Assembly: GCA_951406725.2 (NCBI GenBank)
Contig: OX597827.1
Span: forward strand, 37,324,001-37,388,000
Direction of reading: 5' to 3'
From: Octopus vulgaris
Lineage: Eukaryota
DNA: 64,000 nucleotides
Shown piece by piece: positions 44,301 through 57,698 of this stretch. The first letter of the stretch is position 1, and the number at the start of each line of letters is the position of its first letter. The notes under the pieces are model-generated. The model searched no databases. It saw only the letters and a program-made list of their open reading frames with translations, and was not told where the DNA came from. A program made the position numbers and the translations under genes.

Positions 44301-45128
44301 TGATGCATGTGTACGTACAGCCATGCTACATGGTAGTGAAACATGGGCTGTGACTGCTGAGGATATGCATAAGCTCGCAAGAAATGAAGCCAGTATGCTC
44401 CGATGGATGTGTAATGTCAGTGTTCATAATCGACAGAGTGTAAGTACCTTGAGAGAAATGTTGAACCTAAGAAGCATCAGTTGTGGTGTGCAAGAGAGAC
44501 GTCTGCGCTGGTATGGGCATGTGACGAGAATGGGTGAAGATAGTTGTGTGCAAAAGTGCCACACTCTAGCAGTTGAGGGAACCTGTGGAAGAGGTAGACC
44601 CAGGAAAACCTGGGACGAGGTGGTGAAGCACAACCTTCGAACTTTAGGTCTCACCAAGGAAATGACTAGAGACCGAGACCTATGGAAGTATGCTGTGCGT
44701 GAGAAGACCCGGCAAGACCAGTGAGAACAGTTAAAATCAAACCAAATCAACATCAGTGGAAATTGCAGCTGTGGTTAAGCAAACCATCCGATCGTTTGTC
44801 TGTTGCCAGCCTCGCCTGGCCCCCGTGCCGTTGGCACGTAAAAGCACCATCCGTTCGTGTCCGTTGCGAGCCTAGCCTGGCCCCCGTGCCGGTGGCACGA
44901 AAAACACCATCCGTTCGTGGCCAGCTCTGTCTGGCACCTGTGCAGGTGGCACGTAAAAAGCACCCACTACACTCACGGAGTGGTTGGCGTTAGGAAGGGC
45001 ATCCAGCCGTAGAAACACTGCCAAATCTGACTGGGCCTGATGAAGCCTTCCGGCTTCACAGATCCCAGTTAAACCGTCCAACCCATGCTAGCATGGAAAA
45101 CGGACACTAAATGATGATGATGATGATG
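41375..45128 (+). mobile_element. Near full-length RTE-clade non-LTR retrotransposon (APE + RT + PHD-type finger), inactivated by 2 stops and 1 frameshift
   Basis: APE motifs TLNVGTL, MQEVRW, SAYAPQ, GNFNG, IDYIL; RT motifs QFGF, DMEKAFDRV, GVHQGSVL, LYADD; stops at 42455 and 44170; frameshift near 43385; (ATG)n tail. Confidence 0.97.
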
Positions 45129-45258
45129 TATATATAGAAAATAGTAAAAAGTGAAAAAACTACAGAAGGCTTATTTTAAAAGGTTAAAAAATATATATTT
45201 GAGTCATTATGTTAGAAGAATGTTATAAATTTTTTTCATACAGTGACATAGTTTTTGA

Positions 45259-45296
45259 AGAAATTACCGGTTTCGTGTATAACTTTTCAAATTTCT
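45259..45296 (-). ncRNA. Putative minimal hammerhead with U3-A8 core variant
   Basis: AGAAAT-TTGAAAA-GT tatac AC-GAAA-CCGG-TA-ATTTCT. Confidence 0.5.
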
Positions 45297-46499
45297 CAAA
45301 ACATTGTTATGATTTCGTTCGTTAAGAAGTGTAAAGAGGAGTTCCAGGTAAGGGGAGGTAATACGTGATTTCTTCCTGTGTAAGGGAGATAATCGCTTAA
45401 TATTTCTTGCCTTTTTATATATATATATATATATATATATGTACCCATGTATCCATATAAATATATATATAAAACAACAACTACAGCCACTCTTCAATAC
45501 TATCACAATTGATGACCTAACTCCACAATCAAGAGCCCTTCACAATGTAGCTATCCACTTATTTCCTCTGAATACCATAACTGGCACATCATCATCATTG
45601 CCATGATGTTCTACTGCTACTACCCTTACCACAACTAAACAATAGCAACTACAACAACTTAAGCATTGGAAATCACTGTTTCATACTAGAACAATTGATG
45701 ACCTATTAAATAACACAGTCTCGTGTTCTTCTCCACAGTCAGGCCACTCAAATTTTTCTCAGAATAATACAAGAGATCCATCATCACCATTGTCATCCTA
45801 TTCTACTCCTACTTCCCTTACCACTACTACTACTATTCCAATTACAGAAGAATCGCTCCTTTTTTCTCAATCTGAATGTATACCAGACAGTTCCATGATA
45901 AACATGCTAACTGTTAATAATATAAATTTATGAACACACAAAACCCTCAAATATGCTGCTATTTACAATGCAAGAGACTATGCATATGCAATGACTGTAA
46001 CTTCACCCATTTACTTGGGACAAGATGCACAATTCATACACGCAATATCAGCCAACACCTAAACACAGATCTCAACACCACCACCAAATTCTAAAGCACA
46101 CTTAATAACTTCTACACATGTAACACATAATCCTAAAATTTGTTGCCATTCCCAACACGAAAGTTTATGTCTGATGTGTAACTATCCCTTCACTCATCTT
46201 CCAGGGACTTAATGCACTAGTAAAAGCATGACACCAAATCCGCAACAGAAACATCCCTTACAGTGGCAGTGTTGGTCCAGACTTTCATTGAAACCCAGAA
46301 ATCAAAAGCTACAAACAATATGCAACCATACTAACTCCAAACAACAACCCCTCCCAAAACAAGAAAATTCTTTTTTAGTGATGATGAATCTGGCAAAAGA
46401 AAAAGGAAAAAAACTTCTAGCTCTCATGCAGCACCAACCACTGCTATTACCCCAGTGCACAAACACACCATTGCTGTCATTAACCCACAAACTCAACTC

Positions 46500-49450
46500 A
46501 ATAATAATACCAAATGAACAAGGTCTTTTACACTTCACAAATCAAACTAAATTATCATATCTTAGAAATCTTGTACAGTGAGAAAAAACAATCTGTGTAA
46601 CACTGAGCAAAACACACCTGACCCCAGACATATTGGATGTGGAAGTACATATGTCAGGTTACATACTACTTAGAACTGACTACAGAATACAGAAACAAGG
46701 AGAAATAGCGATCTTCATCCAAGAAGACCTGGCAACAAATGTCCTTCTCTCTCACTCCAACATAGTGTGTGATATACTAATAATGCTTGTGATTGACCTC
46801 AATTTGATCATAGGCATTACCTACTGTCTTGCTGATGTAACTAACTACGGAGATCACTTGAAAGATGCTTTGTTGCACATAAGTCAAACCTCAAATGAGC
46901 TCAGCATACAGGCCAATGTATTTTTAGCAGGGGACTTCAATTTTTTAGTCTCAGCTGGCCTGAAAGTTATATCCAGCCTGAAATTAAACAACTGAACAAG
47001 AGAGATATGAATGTTCTTCTCAATATCACCAAAGACCTCCTCATACAATAAATTCTTATGCAACCAATTAGAGAAGATAACATACTTGAACTAGTCTTTA
47101 CCACTAATACAGACTTCATTTACAATGTTCGGGTTATTTCCACTGCTATTTCTAACCACAGCATAAAACAATTAACAAAGAAAGCAATACACACAAAGAA
47201 CTTCAACCATGACTCACTCCACATAAGCTTGAATTTCAGGAAGGCCAAGTGGAAAGAAATTGAAACTGAAATCCTCAAAACAAACTGGTCTCAGCTTATT
47301 GGCAATCCCAATGTTAACGAGATAATGAAGTTTCTGTATGAATAATTAATCAGGATCTGTTGAAAGCATGCCCCATATAAACATGCCTATTCCTGCAAGA
47401 TTCCATGAGATAGACAGATACTAATGTGTAGCAGAACCAAACTAACAAAACAGCTAAAAAAAAAAAACTCTCTTGACAGATGAGATTGAGAAAAGAAAAA
47501 AAAACCCATCAAACTGAGCCTAAAACTATCATGAAAAATAAACTTCATAAGGAAACAATGATCAGTGTAAAATATAAAATCTATTTCTAACTTCTTTTTC
47601 CACTTTGTTAAATAAAAATCAACTACAAATAACCAGATTGGTTATATAATGGATCATATATAAATGTTACGTTTATATATTTGTTTTGCAAGATTTTTGA
47701 TGTGAAATCATGTGTTGAAACAGTTATTGTTGGAATTAAGAATGGTCATTTTGCCAGTTTAGCCAATAAAAACACACGCACTATATATTTGGTGTTACTT
47801 TGCTTCAGCGTTATTCATTTTTTACATTAACCTTAATCTTATTTCGGCCAAAGTTCTTTCGTCACACTCCTGTGACCTCATCAGTGGTCCTTTGCTTTCT
47901 TCTTTCTTATTTGATGAGGTCACAGGAGTGTGACGAAAGAACTCTGGCCGAAATAAGATTAAGATTAATGTAAAAAATGAATAACGCTGAAGCAAAGTAA
48001 CACCAAATATATAGTGCGTGTGTTTTTATTGGCTAAACTGGCAAAATGCCCATTCCTAAATACAACATATATAAATGATTCACTACAAATATGCAATTTC
48101 TCGAGTTGACATTATGACATTGCATTTTCCCAAATGAACTCTTTGATCCCCAAAACTCAACTGCAGAGACACATCTAAAAATTAATAATATGATGGAAGA
48201 TACTTACAGCTAATGACCTAGATTCAAGCTGAGCACCTTGACCAGATAGTCTCCCAGCCATACTGCTAAAAATGTGCAAAAGCAGCCTCGTGAAACCATT
48301 AAAGATACTCTTTCAAATGTCACTAGGTACCGGCAAATTGCCAGAATTACTGAAAGACAGAAGAGTAACACCTATACACAAAGGAGGGTAGCAGAGCTAA
48401 AGCTAAAATTTACAGGCCTGTTTCTCTCACATCTCACAAATCATTCCTTGGGGAAAACAACCTCATAGACGACATACAGCATGGTTTTTGAGACTGGACA
48501 AAGTTACTGTTAACAACTATTACAGCACCATAACACTATTCTTAATAATCTCTTGAGAGGAAGGGACACTAACTGTATATACTTTGATTTTGTTAAGGCA
48601 TTTGACAAGTTAAGAGATCTTGGTATCACAGGAAAACTCAGAGAATGGCTCTTTGACTTCCTACATGGTAGGAGCCAATCTGTTGTTGCAAATGGTTATC
48701 TCTCTGCAGTCACCTGTGATAAGTGGTATGCCTCAGGGAATGGTCCTAGGACTACTATCATTTATCTTCAACTTATCACAAGTGCACTCATCCAAACTAA
48801 CGAGTTATGGCAATGATGCAAAAATATCAATGGCTATCCAAACTCCAGAAGATAGTGCCACACACCCCAAAATGAACTAAAGCTCATTTACCAATGGGTG
48901 GATTAAAACAATATGAAATTTGACACATGAAAATTTCAGGTTCTTCATTACAGAGGAAATACACACAAATCACAATATTTGACGCTGGAATGATTCAGAG
49001 TGCTAATGACATACAGGACTTAGGAGTAAACATTTCAAATGATGCATCTTTCATTAGCCACATCACCAAATTGTCCTCTAAATGCAGACATCTCATAGGA
49101 TGGATTCTACAAACCTTTGTGACAAGAGAACCAGTAGTTAGCTTAACTCTATGGAAAACCTGAGTTCTGAGCAGGTTAGATTACTGCTCACAGCTTTGGT
49201 CTCTCCTAAATTATTCTGTCTCATAGAAGAAATTGAAGGGTTATGAAGAACATTCACCAGTAAAATATCTTTGATTAAAAGCCTCAACTACTGAGAATAT
49301 TTGAAAGCATTGTGTCTCTACTATCTTGAATGCTGAAGAGAAAGATATACTGTTACATATGTATGGAAAATCCTGTTCCTAACTTTGGCATTAAAGAAAA
49401 TTCTAATGCATGCACTGTTAGATACTGTCAGCTTCCAAATATACTACCTT
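46500..49450 (+). mobile_element. Heavily decayed CR1/L2-group LINE ORF2 (APE + RT), interrupted by a foldback at ~47680-48065
   Basis: Fragments SGYILLRTD, LAGDFNF, REDNILELVF, IYFDFVKAFDK, SGMPQGMVLG, YGNDAKI and DLGV in the expected order. Confidence 0.8.
47846..47890 (-). ncRNA. Putative minimal hammerhead ribozyme in a foldback module
   Basis: GGACCA-CTGATGA-G-GTCAC aggagt GTGAC-GAAA-GAAC-TT-TGGCC; the opposite arm 47912-47949 has a C at the cleavage position but is truncated at the core. Confidence 0.55.
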
Positions 49451-49619
49451 CACAACTGAAACCTCCCAACTGTATTGTTCCAGGTTCAGTCCCATTGCGC
49501 GGCACCTTGGGCAAGTGTTCTACTACTATAGCCTTAGGTCAATCAAAGCCTTGTCAGTGGATTTGGTAGATGGAAATGAAGCCCATTGTGTGTGTATGTG
49601 TGTACATTATATATATAAA

Positions 49620-49960
49620 TCAAATGGAAATTGTAGTTAAGATACCCGTGCCGGTAACACGTAAAAAGCACCATCCGAACGTGGCAGATGCCAGTGCTGG
49701 TCTGACTGGCATCCGTGTCAGTGACATGTAAAAGCACCAACCGACCATGGCTGTTTGCCAGCCTCCCCTGGCCCCTGTGCTGGTGGCACATAAAAAACAC
49801 CCACTACACTCATGGAATGGTTGGTGTTAGGAAGGGCATCCAGCTGTAGAAACACTGCCATATCAGACTGGAGCCTGGTGCAGCCTACTGGCTTCCCAGA
49901 TCCTGGTCAAACTGTCCAACCCATGCTAGCATGGAAAACGGACATTAAACGATGATGATG
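49620..49960 (+). mobile_element. RTE 3' tail copy
   Basis: GGCACATAAAAA...GGCATCCAGC...AACGATGATGATG. Confidence 0.85.
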
Positions 49961-50970
49961 ATATATATATAAATACTTTATTAAAAAGCAGCAAAAATAT
50001 ATAACAGGGATATGCTGCTGGTGTAGGTAAGATAGCAATGCCTACCCTGAATAAAATAGATTGATAGTAACGTTTTCCTTTTATGGCAAAATATACACCT
50101 AATTCAATAAAATTATGAAGGTTACTCTGAATACTATACATAAAATACAAAATATTTTACTTTTTTGTAGATTAGATAGGCATAATTTGCTCCTGCCTTT
50201 CAGTCTCAGTATTAAAGCTATGCATAGAACTGCTGTAGTACATGTGCTGCGTACATTCCTACAACAATATTTTCTTTATGCACTATAAAGGCAGAAGTAA
50301 ATCTACCTCCAACTCAGTCACGCGCTTGTGTTTCACTTATTTTTGGGTGTATTTTACTACATAAACGTCACCAACTGCCTACCTTGAGTAATTTCTGACA
50401 GCACATGCCTGATATATAACATTATTATATATTGTTGTTAAATGTCCAAATTTGGTCAAATGTGTTTTTTCAACATTTGATTTTGCTTGCAATACCTGGT
50501 TCTTTTGGTCAAACTCGTATCTCTAGCTGCTTCAGATGCCAATATATGAAAATTGTCAGTGTAGTAGAACAGCTTAGCATTTTTCAAAAGTGAAGTAAGT
50601 CCCACATATGACAGTTTTACAAAAATATTTCTAACTGAAAATATAAAAGCATGGAGTTACGATTTTATGCACCCAACAAAGTATTATTATTAAGCTGAAA
50701 CTGTTGCTAATGGAAAAAGAAATGGAATGGTGAAACTTTTTTTCATTTTCTGAAAAGTCAATGTTTTGGACTTATGATACTTTTGCATAATAGCAACGAT
50801 ATATTTAACATTGTGTGTGTGTGTGGTTAATAAATAAAACATATGTCAGAAAAGAAGCACACTCTAAAGAATAGAGCAGTTATTGTTACAACGAAATTGG
50901 ACATAGAGTTACCCAAGGTTTTACATCCACAAAATTGTTGAAGATTCCATGCTTATTGATGTTATAGTGA

Positions 50971-51540
50971 TTGTTCTGGCATGGATCAAGAATAAGTTGT
51001 CAGTATGTTTCTGAAAACCAGGATGTCCACAAAGGTTTTCTCAGCTTTTATAAACCTCCCAACTACACTTCAGAGACACTAAGGTTATTCTGGATGTTTT
51101 TGTTGCCTAAACATTTCTCTGGGATCAAACTTAGGTTGCTCTTACCTCTGATGGTACATGTACTATGAGCAGAAACATTTCAGGCATACAAAAGAGATTA
51201 AAAGACATGTTTCCTGGTACATATTTTGTACACTGTGGAAACCACTCTCTGGACCTTGTCCTCCAAGAAGTTGGATCTACGGTTGCCATGGTCACAGATG
51301 CATTGGACTTTGTTCAGCAATGCACCATTCTTCTGAAAGTGCTATAGATGAGCCTTTGCAGTGAGAATGTCATCATGTTGCAAGCCCATGTCTGTTGCAT
51401 CAAGGGAGAGAATGCTCAGCACACTTTGCTGTTTAAAGACCTGATTCAATACCACAAAGGTGCAACATCATCTGACACACTGTGATGAAATGCATGTACA
51501 TAAAAACATGTGCAATGAAAACACTTTAGACATCCTCTTG
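50971..51540 (+). mobile_element. Decayed hAT-family transposase fragment
   Basis: ISGIQKRLK...YFVHCGNHSLDLVL matches the hAT CxxH motif context; frameshifted. Confidence 0.7.
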
Positions 51541-51778
51541 GAAAATTTCATCACCAAAACCAGTGAGTATGGAAAACTTTGGGGAATGATTTGAAGCATT
51601 AAATTTCCATATATAGTAGTATATAGTAATAAAAAATTTTATTTTATCTATGTTTGTTTTGATATTAAGATTGAAATATAATCAGCCTTCTTTATATAAA
51701 AATTTGGACTTGAGTTTGCACCCAAGCAAATTTCGTTCCTGGGCCACTGTGTGTATGTATGTATATATATATATATAT

Positions 51779-51809
<31 letters not shown>

Positions 51810-51816
51810 TTATATA

Positions 51817-53250
51817 CAAATCACAAACACCTTCAGGTAGATGGCCCTGCTCGATCTGTAGAAAAGGTGTAGGTAGAAACTCTATAAGATGCACCAAGTG
51901 TAAGCTATGGACACATAAGAGATGCAGCAATGTCAAAGGAAGGCTAACTAGGAAGATGGTTTTTGTATGTGGCAGATGCTCAGGAACAATAAACACTGAA
52001 AATGCTCTGAGACCAACTTCCGTCACTTTCCAGGGAGAAAAACTAGAAATAGTTGATAGTTTCCGTTACCTAGGTGACCAAGTCAGCAGCGGGGGCGGGT
52101 GTGCTGAAAGTGTAACTGCTAGAGTAAGAATAGCTTGGGCAAAGTTCAGAGAGCTCTTACCTCTGCTGGTGACAAAAGGCCTCTCGCACAGAGTGAAAGG
52201 CAGACTGTATGATGCGTGTGTACGAACAGCCATGCTACATGGCAGTGAAACATGGGCCGTGACTGCTGAGGATATGCGTAAGCTCGCTAGAAATGAAGCC
52301 AGTATGCTCCGATGGATGTGTAATGCCGGTACTCACACTCGGCAGAGTGTAAGTACCTTGAGAGAAAAGCTGGACCTAAGAAGCATCAGTTGTGGTGTGC
52401 AAGAGAGACGTTTGCGCTGGTATGGTCATGTGGCGAGAATGGATGAAGATAGTTGTGTGAAAAAGTGCCACACCCTAGCGGTTGAGGGAACCTGTGGAAG
52501 AGGCAGACCCAGGAAAACCTGGGACGAGGTGGTGAAGCACGACCTTCGAACTTTAGGTCTCACTGAGGAAATGACTAGAGACCGAGACCTCTGGAAGTGT
52601 GCTGTGCGCGAGAAGACCCGGCAGGACAAGTGAGTCCATAACCCGTGGCCTTCTACATGGGATGGAGCCGGCCTACGTATGCATACCTTCCCTTCTTGGG
52701 ACACAAAACTCTACTTGTGAAGATGTGTTGAGGCAAGTGAGGATCAGAATCGAAATCGATCAATGGAAATTGCGGATGTGCTACCAGTGCCGGTGGCATG
52801 TCAAAACTCTGCTTGTGAAGACCCGTTGAGGCAAGTGAGGATCAGAATCGAAATCGATCAATGGAAATCGATCAATGGAAATTGCAGATGTGTTACCAGT
52901 GCCGGTGGCATGTAAGAGAACTTTCCGTTTCGCGACCGTTGCCAGCACCGCCCCGTTTCGTGTCCGTTGCCATCCTCGCCTGGCCCTCGTGCCGGTGGCA
53001 CATAAAAAGCACCATCCGTTCGTGGCCGTTTGCCAGCTCTGTCTGGCACCAGTGCGGGTGGCACGTAAAAAGCACCCACTACACTCACGGAGTGGTTGGC
53101 ATTAGGAAGGGCATCCAGCCGTAGAAACACTGCCAGATTTGACTGGGCCTGATGAAGCCTTCTGGCTTCACAGACCCCAGTAGAACCGTCCAACCTATGC
53201 TAGCATGGAAAACGGACGCTAAACGATGATGATGATGATGATGATGATGA
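51817..53250 (+). mobile_element. 5'-truncated RTE LINE with intact PHD-type finger and C-terminus
   Basis: ORF end to 52633 is near-identical to 43908-44724; 3' UTR and (ATG)n tail present; lies within TA-rich microsatellite. Confidence 0.95.
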
Positions 53251-53339
53251 TACACATGTATATACATATACCTATGTATATACACACATATATATATATA
53301 TGTATATACATATATATGTGTATATACATATTAAAGATG

Positions 53340-56200
53340 GGGAAGGCCAGTTTACAGGATTACCTCAGGTTTCCCGTCCATAAAGGGTTTAGCTTCATGG
53401 CATATCATCAGATCCCAAATCCTATTGGCCCATGACCTCTTAAAAATACGGAGGGGGAAATACCTCACTACTCAAAGGTAACATTTGGGGATTATCTCCC
53501 TTTGCTATTGGCTGTGCTGCAATTCTTGTGGGTTTCAAAAAGCTAGCAGGAACCTCTTGAAATCTAAACAGGGTCCAAAAATCTCTGTTTTGGAGTTAAG
53601 TTCAAGTGAGTCTTTTAGGATTCTTGCACATTCAGCTGTGCATAACTTGCAACACTTTGTTCATTTGATGTAGGGGCCTGGGTACTCAAGGATTTTCCAT
53701 GAGACCAAGTATGGAATCCCATCGTCTCCTTTCTGGAACGCTGAAGGAGGACCTGTCGTTGGAGAGGCGTTGCTTAAAAGAGTTCCTGGGACATCCAATG
53801 TATCTCCATGGGTGTGTTGTCAGTGCTGTACCTGCTGGTATTGTTGTTGTTGTTGGAGCTGGGACTGGTGGTGTTGGTGTTACTGGAGGTGGTGGTGGTG
53901 TCAGTAATGGTATCACCACTGCCCATTATGCTGAAGGCACTCTTGTTGCTATTGTTGTCCGCATCATTAGTGGGAGAGTTGCCATTGCTGCTAGAGGTGT
54001 CATTAGCTGTAGTTCCACTAGTATTTCTGCTAGGGCTGCTGCTGTTGCTATTGCTGCCATTATTGCTGTTATAGCTGGTGGTGGCACTGGAGCTATTGCT
54101 GCTGCTGTAAGGGTTGTCAGGTCTGCTACTGTGGAAGTTAAGGAAGCAGTTGGTAATGCTGGTGCTGATGTCAATACTGCTATTGTTAGTATAGGCAGCG
54201 AGCTGGAAGAAACATTAGCCCACCTGCCGCTACATTCTGAGTTCAAATTCCACTGAGGTCAACTTTGCCTTTCATCCTTTTGGGGTCGATACATTAAGTA
54301 CCAGTTATGCACTGGAGTCGATGTAATCGACTTAATCCATTTTTCTGTCCTTGTTTGTCCCCTCTGTGTTTAGCCCCTTGTGGGTAGGTAAAGAAATAGG
54401 CAATACTGCTATTGTTATTAGTGTTGTTACTGCTGTCAATGCCATCGGGGAACTGTCAATGCTGTCATTGGTGCTGTTATTACTAATGTCGTCAGCTGTG
54501 GTGATGGTGGCAGTGTTGATGGTTCTGTTCTCATGTCTACAGTTGCTACTGCTTCTACTGGTGGTATTGCCAGGATTTGCTAGTACTTTGGCTTCATAGA
54601 CCACCCCTTTGATTTCACAGTGGCTTCCCACCGGGCATCTGTTGTAGTCCCTGCATGAACATCCTGCCTTTTCTTGTGGCCTAGGGGCACTAACTAGGAT
54701 GCTTTTAATATTGGGGACACAGTTAAACAAGACTCTAATGTTATGCCTGGTGAAAATGGGCCTATACCTATGGCAGCTAGGGAAATGGTTATCTCTTAAT
54801 TTAAGGAATATTCTACTTACAGGTGCTTTTGTGTTAAAAAAGAGGCGGGGCAAACCAAATGGTATTTCTGCTGCACTTCTTTCTGTGGTTGTTGGGTTCC
54901 GGCATGTAGGAGATGTGATCCCTAAATCCGCTGGTAGCTAGGGCCTCATTATAGTATGGGTTTGCTGTGTCAAAAATCTCTTGGTTGGAGGAAAGGTTCG
55001 TAATCCTCTTACTAATACCCCTTACCAGGTTTTTGTAACACAATGGGAGGGTGGCAGGAGGCTGTGTTGATGTATGTTAACCTCTCATTTGGTTTGAGGT
55101 AGGGCCTGTATGTACCAGAGCTGAAGTCAAGTCTAAGAAGTCTGCAATTGTGAGGTTGGTCTTTATGGTGATTTTCAATCCCATAGAGGCAAGCATGGTG
55201 ATTAGATCTTTTCTAAGCCTGTCTAATGTATGCCCATTTGCTCCCCTAGAGATGGCCTGGGCATCATCTCTGTAGAGGCCAAAGAGGACAGAAAGGAACT
55301 TTTTCCGAAGGGTATCGAAAATATACAACCCAATGATGTCACATATGTCAGTGCTGTCAAAGGCGCCCATAGGGTCGGATTGCTTGACCCATGCCAAACT
55401 TTTGAGCATCACTGTCTTTCTGGCATGCATAATGACTTCTGTATCTCTGTCGCTAATGTTAGTGGAGCCCCTAGCGAAAGAAAACACTTTGGCCAGTAGT
55501 CCTTTGGTATAAACTGGTAAAAGTCAACTATATCGAACTGGGTGCACCTTGCTCTGCCTCTTCCCTTGTTGGTGTTAAACCATGCAGTCACTTCGTTGGT
55601 GTTGCGCCATAGGGAAAGGTTGGTGGCCCTCCTTATGTCATTATTGATGTCTCTCAATATGTGATTACTCACCAGACTGATCTTGGATTTGGCCAGATTG
55701 ATCAGGTGGCATTTCGGATTTGAGGAAAAGTTCAGTTTATGAAGGCATTTCTTTTAGCTAAGATCTCTACCCTATCCGCTATCTCTAGTTCATTAGCTAA
55801 TTTTTTGGCTTCACTGTTGATGTGTATGGGGAAGCACACCTATAATCTAGTGTGATATTATTTTCTAGTAATCTATCATAATCTAGGATGTCTATCCTAT
55901 ATAAGATTTTCGTCTTATCAGAGAAGATTAGGGACCTGAGTTTTTTAACAATTTAATGTTGGCCCAGAGCTTGTGTTGGATGGAGGAAGAGGACTTAGAG
56001 AATTTTAGCTTGGGAAGGGTTCAAGGTCCTTGATTTTGAGTGGGTGTTTCCTCAGTCTAATTCCATAGCTGTTGTCCTTCAGGGATGATGTGGTTAGGTC
56101 ATGGTAGAATGCTTTCCACCTCATATGCCTAATTACATATGCATGGGTGTATAGCTCATTGGATGGCATGGGTATATTTTTAGTAGAGTAGCCATGATCA
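53340..56200 (-). mobile_element. Decayed Penelope-like element (RT + GIY-YIG)
   Basis: RT fragments QFDIVDFY, PMGAFDS..C..IGLYI, GLYRDD, FLDLT and IWFAPP; endonuclease GVVYEAKV ... RYIG...FKQR; many frameshifts; SINE insertion at ~54195-54400. Confidence 0.85.
53356..53416 (-). ncRNA. Putative type-I hammerhead at the 3' end of the decayed PLE
   Basis: GGGAT-CTGATGA-[tatgCCATGAAG...CTTTATGGacgg]-GAAA-CC tga GG-TA-ATCCT. Confidence 0.65.
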
Positions 56201-56906
56201 AATCATTCCATATTTATAAGAGACCCGTGGTTTCCATAAATATGTATAAGCAGAGCCTACTGGTCAGCTATTTAACACAAACCGTGTATATGAAGCTGAG
56301 GTCACCTCAGTTCTAAAAACATGTAGCTAGAATTACATGTTTTTTAGTAAAACTAAAAGAAATTACATTCTTTTTAGTAAAACAGTAGAGTATGACTTAG
56401 GAATATTTGGTTGAGTGATCACTTAGAGATCTTGTTCGAGAATTCTTTCGACAATATGAGGCAGTGTCTTCTAGAAGCATCTTCATTTTACAATATTTAA
56501 AGAATGAAGGTATTCAATAATGAAGTTGACTGGATTCATGCCATAGTGCCAAGTTGTCAGGAGTTTCTTCTGATAAGGTTCTGCAGTAATCTTGAAAGGC
56601 CATTTTATGAGTAGCATATCTCTTTTGCAATCTTTCGTATTCTTTCAATGGGTTGACTACAAAGTAAAACTTGACATACATGGATGGTGGGGAGTGGGGT
56701 GGAATGCTGGACATAGTTTTGTATGGAAAGAATTGGTTTTCTATGGAAGAAGACATTTATCCAAGATGTCACACTGTGATTGTACACTGAACTTCTTAAA
56801 CACCAGCAACTTGAAAACTTCAGGGTACTGCTGATAATATACCATCTCTTCATTGCAGGGTTTTCATCAACATTTCATGTAAAATTTTGTTTTAATATGG
56901 TTGCAG

Positions 56907-57698
56907 GAAGAAGACGTATCCAGAAAATAACTATGGCAGCGAACTCCAGAGAGAGGAATATAACCTGGCATGAAATCGACAACCTTCTATATTTCTTTTA
57001 TGAAGAAACAACATCTTTAATTCCTGATCTTTGGGAACAAAAATCAAAATCAAATAATGAGGTGTCTGTTATTCATTGTGCCTATTCTAGATTGAGTCAA
57101 TTATTAGCAAAAATCCATTCCAAACATGTAAAACTTGATTCCAATCAAGATGATGACTACCTTTATAACCTTCTGTCTGATGTCATTGGTAATTTCCCTG
57201 AAGTAAAAGTCAGTATTATGGCACAAGATGAAAATATTCTACTCGAGAGTTTAGTTAAGGAACAACTTGACCTTTGTGAGACTTTTGTTCAGTTACAATT
57301 ATCCAGAGAAGGACCTCCAACATTTCAACCTGAGGCACTCACTCAAATATCAGGTGCTTCAGGCAATGCCATTTTAAACATTAATGAGCAAGACCAGGTT
57401 GGTGCATCTTTCAATCTACCATGCAAGCTGAAACTGGACATTTATTCTGAAGATGTAAATACGTGTGATGTTGGTGCTGTCATAACAGTTCAGAATCATG
57501 AAAACAACAATGAAGATGTGACTGCAGTGTGTGATAACTACTCAAAGTACTTACTCTGTGTCAAAGAACCAAGTAGAGACATCTGTTCTGGTGATCAAAA
57601 TAGAATCCAAGAATATGTTGCTAACATATTTTACCAATGTTTTAATAAAGCTGCGTATTTAAAAATCACGTCAGTGGCCACCACATTGATTTTTACAG
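56907..57698 (+). CDS. Exon of a macrodomain-containing protein (N-terminal region plus most of a divergent macrodomain)
   Basis: Acceptor TTGCAG|G at 56906, candidate ATG at 56933, open frame, donor ACAG|GTGAGT after 57698; LKLDIYSEDV..VGAVITVQN ... ITSVATTLIFTG. Confidence 0.8.

Noticed and set aside
41600-44753. Minus-strand ORFs overlapping the RTE
   Set aside because: Antisense shadows of the RTE coding sequence with no recognisable motifs.
53699-54256. 185-aa Ala/Val/Gly-rich plus-strand ORF
   Set aside because: It is the antisense of low-complexity sequence inside the PLE and runs into a SINE.
56218-56272. Hammerhead-like CTGACCA...GAAACCACGGGTC near the PLE 5' end (similar weak hits near 34890-34925 and 50065-50105)
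   Set aside because: Uncompensated core changes and poor stem I pairing.
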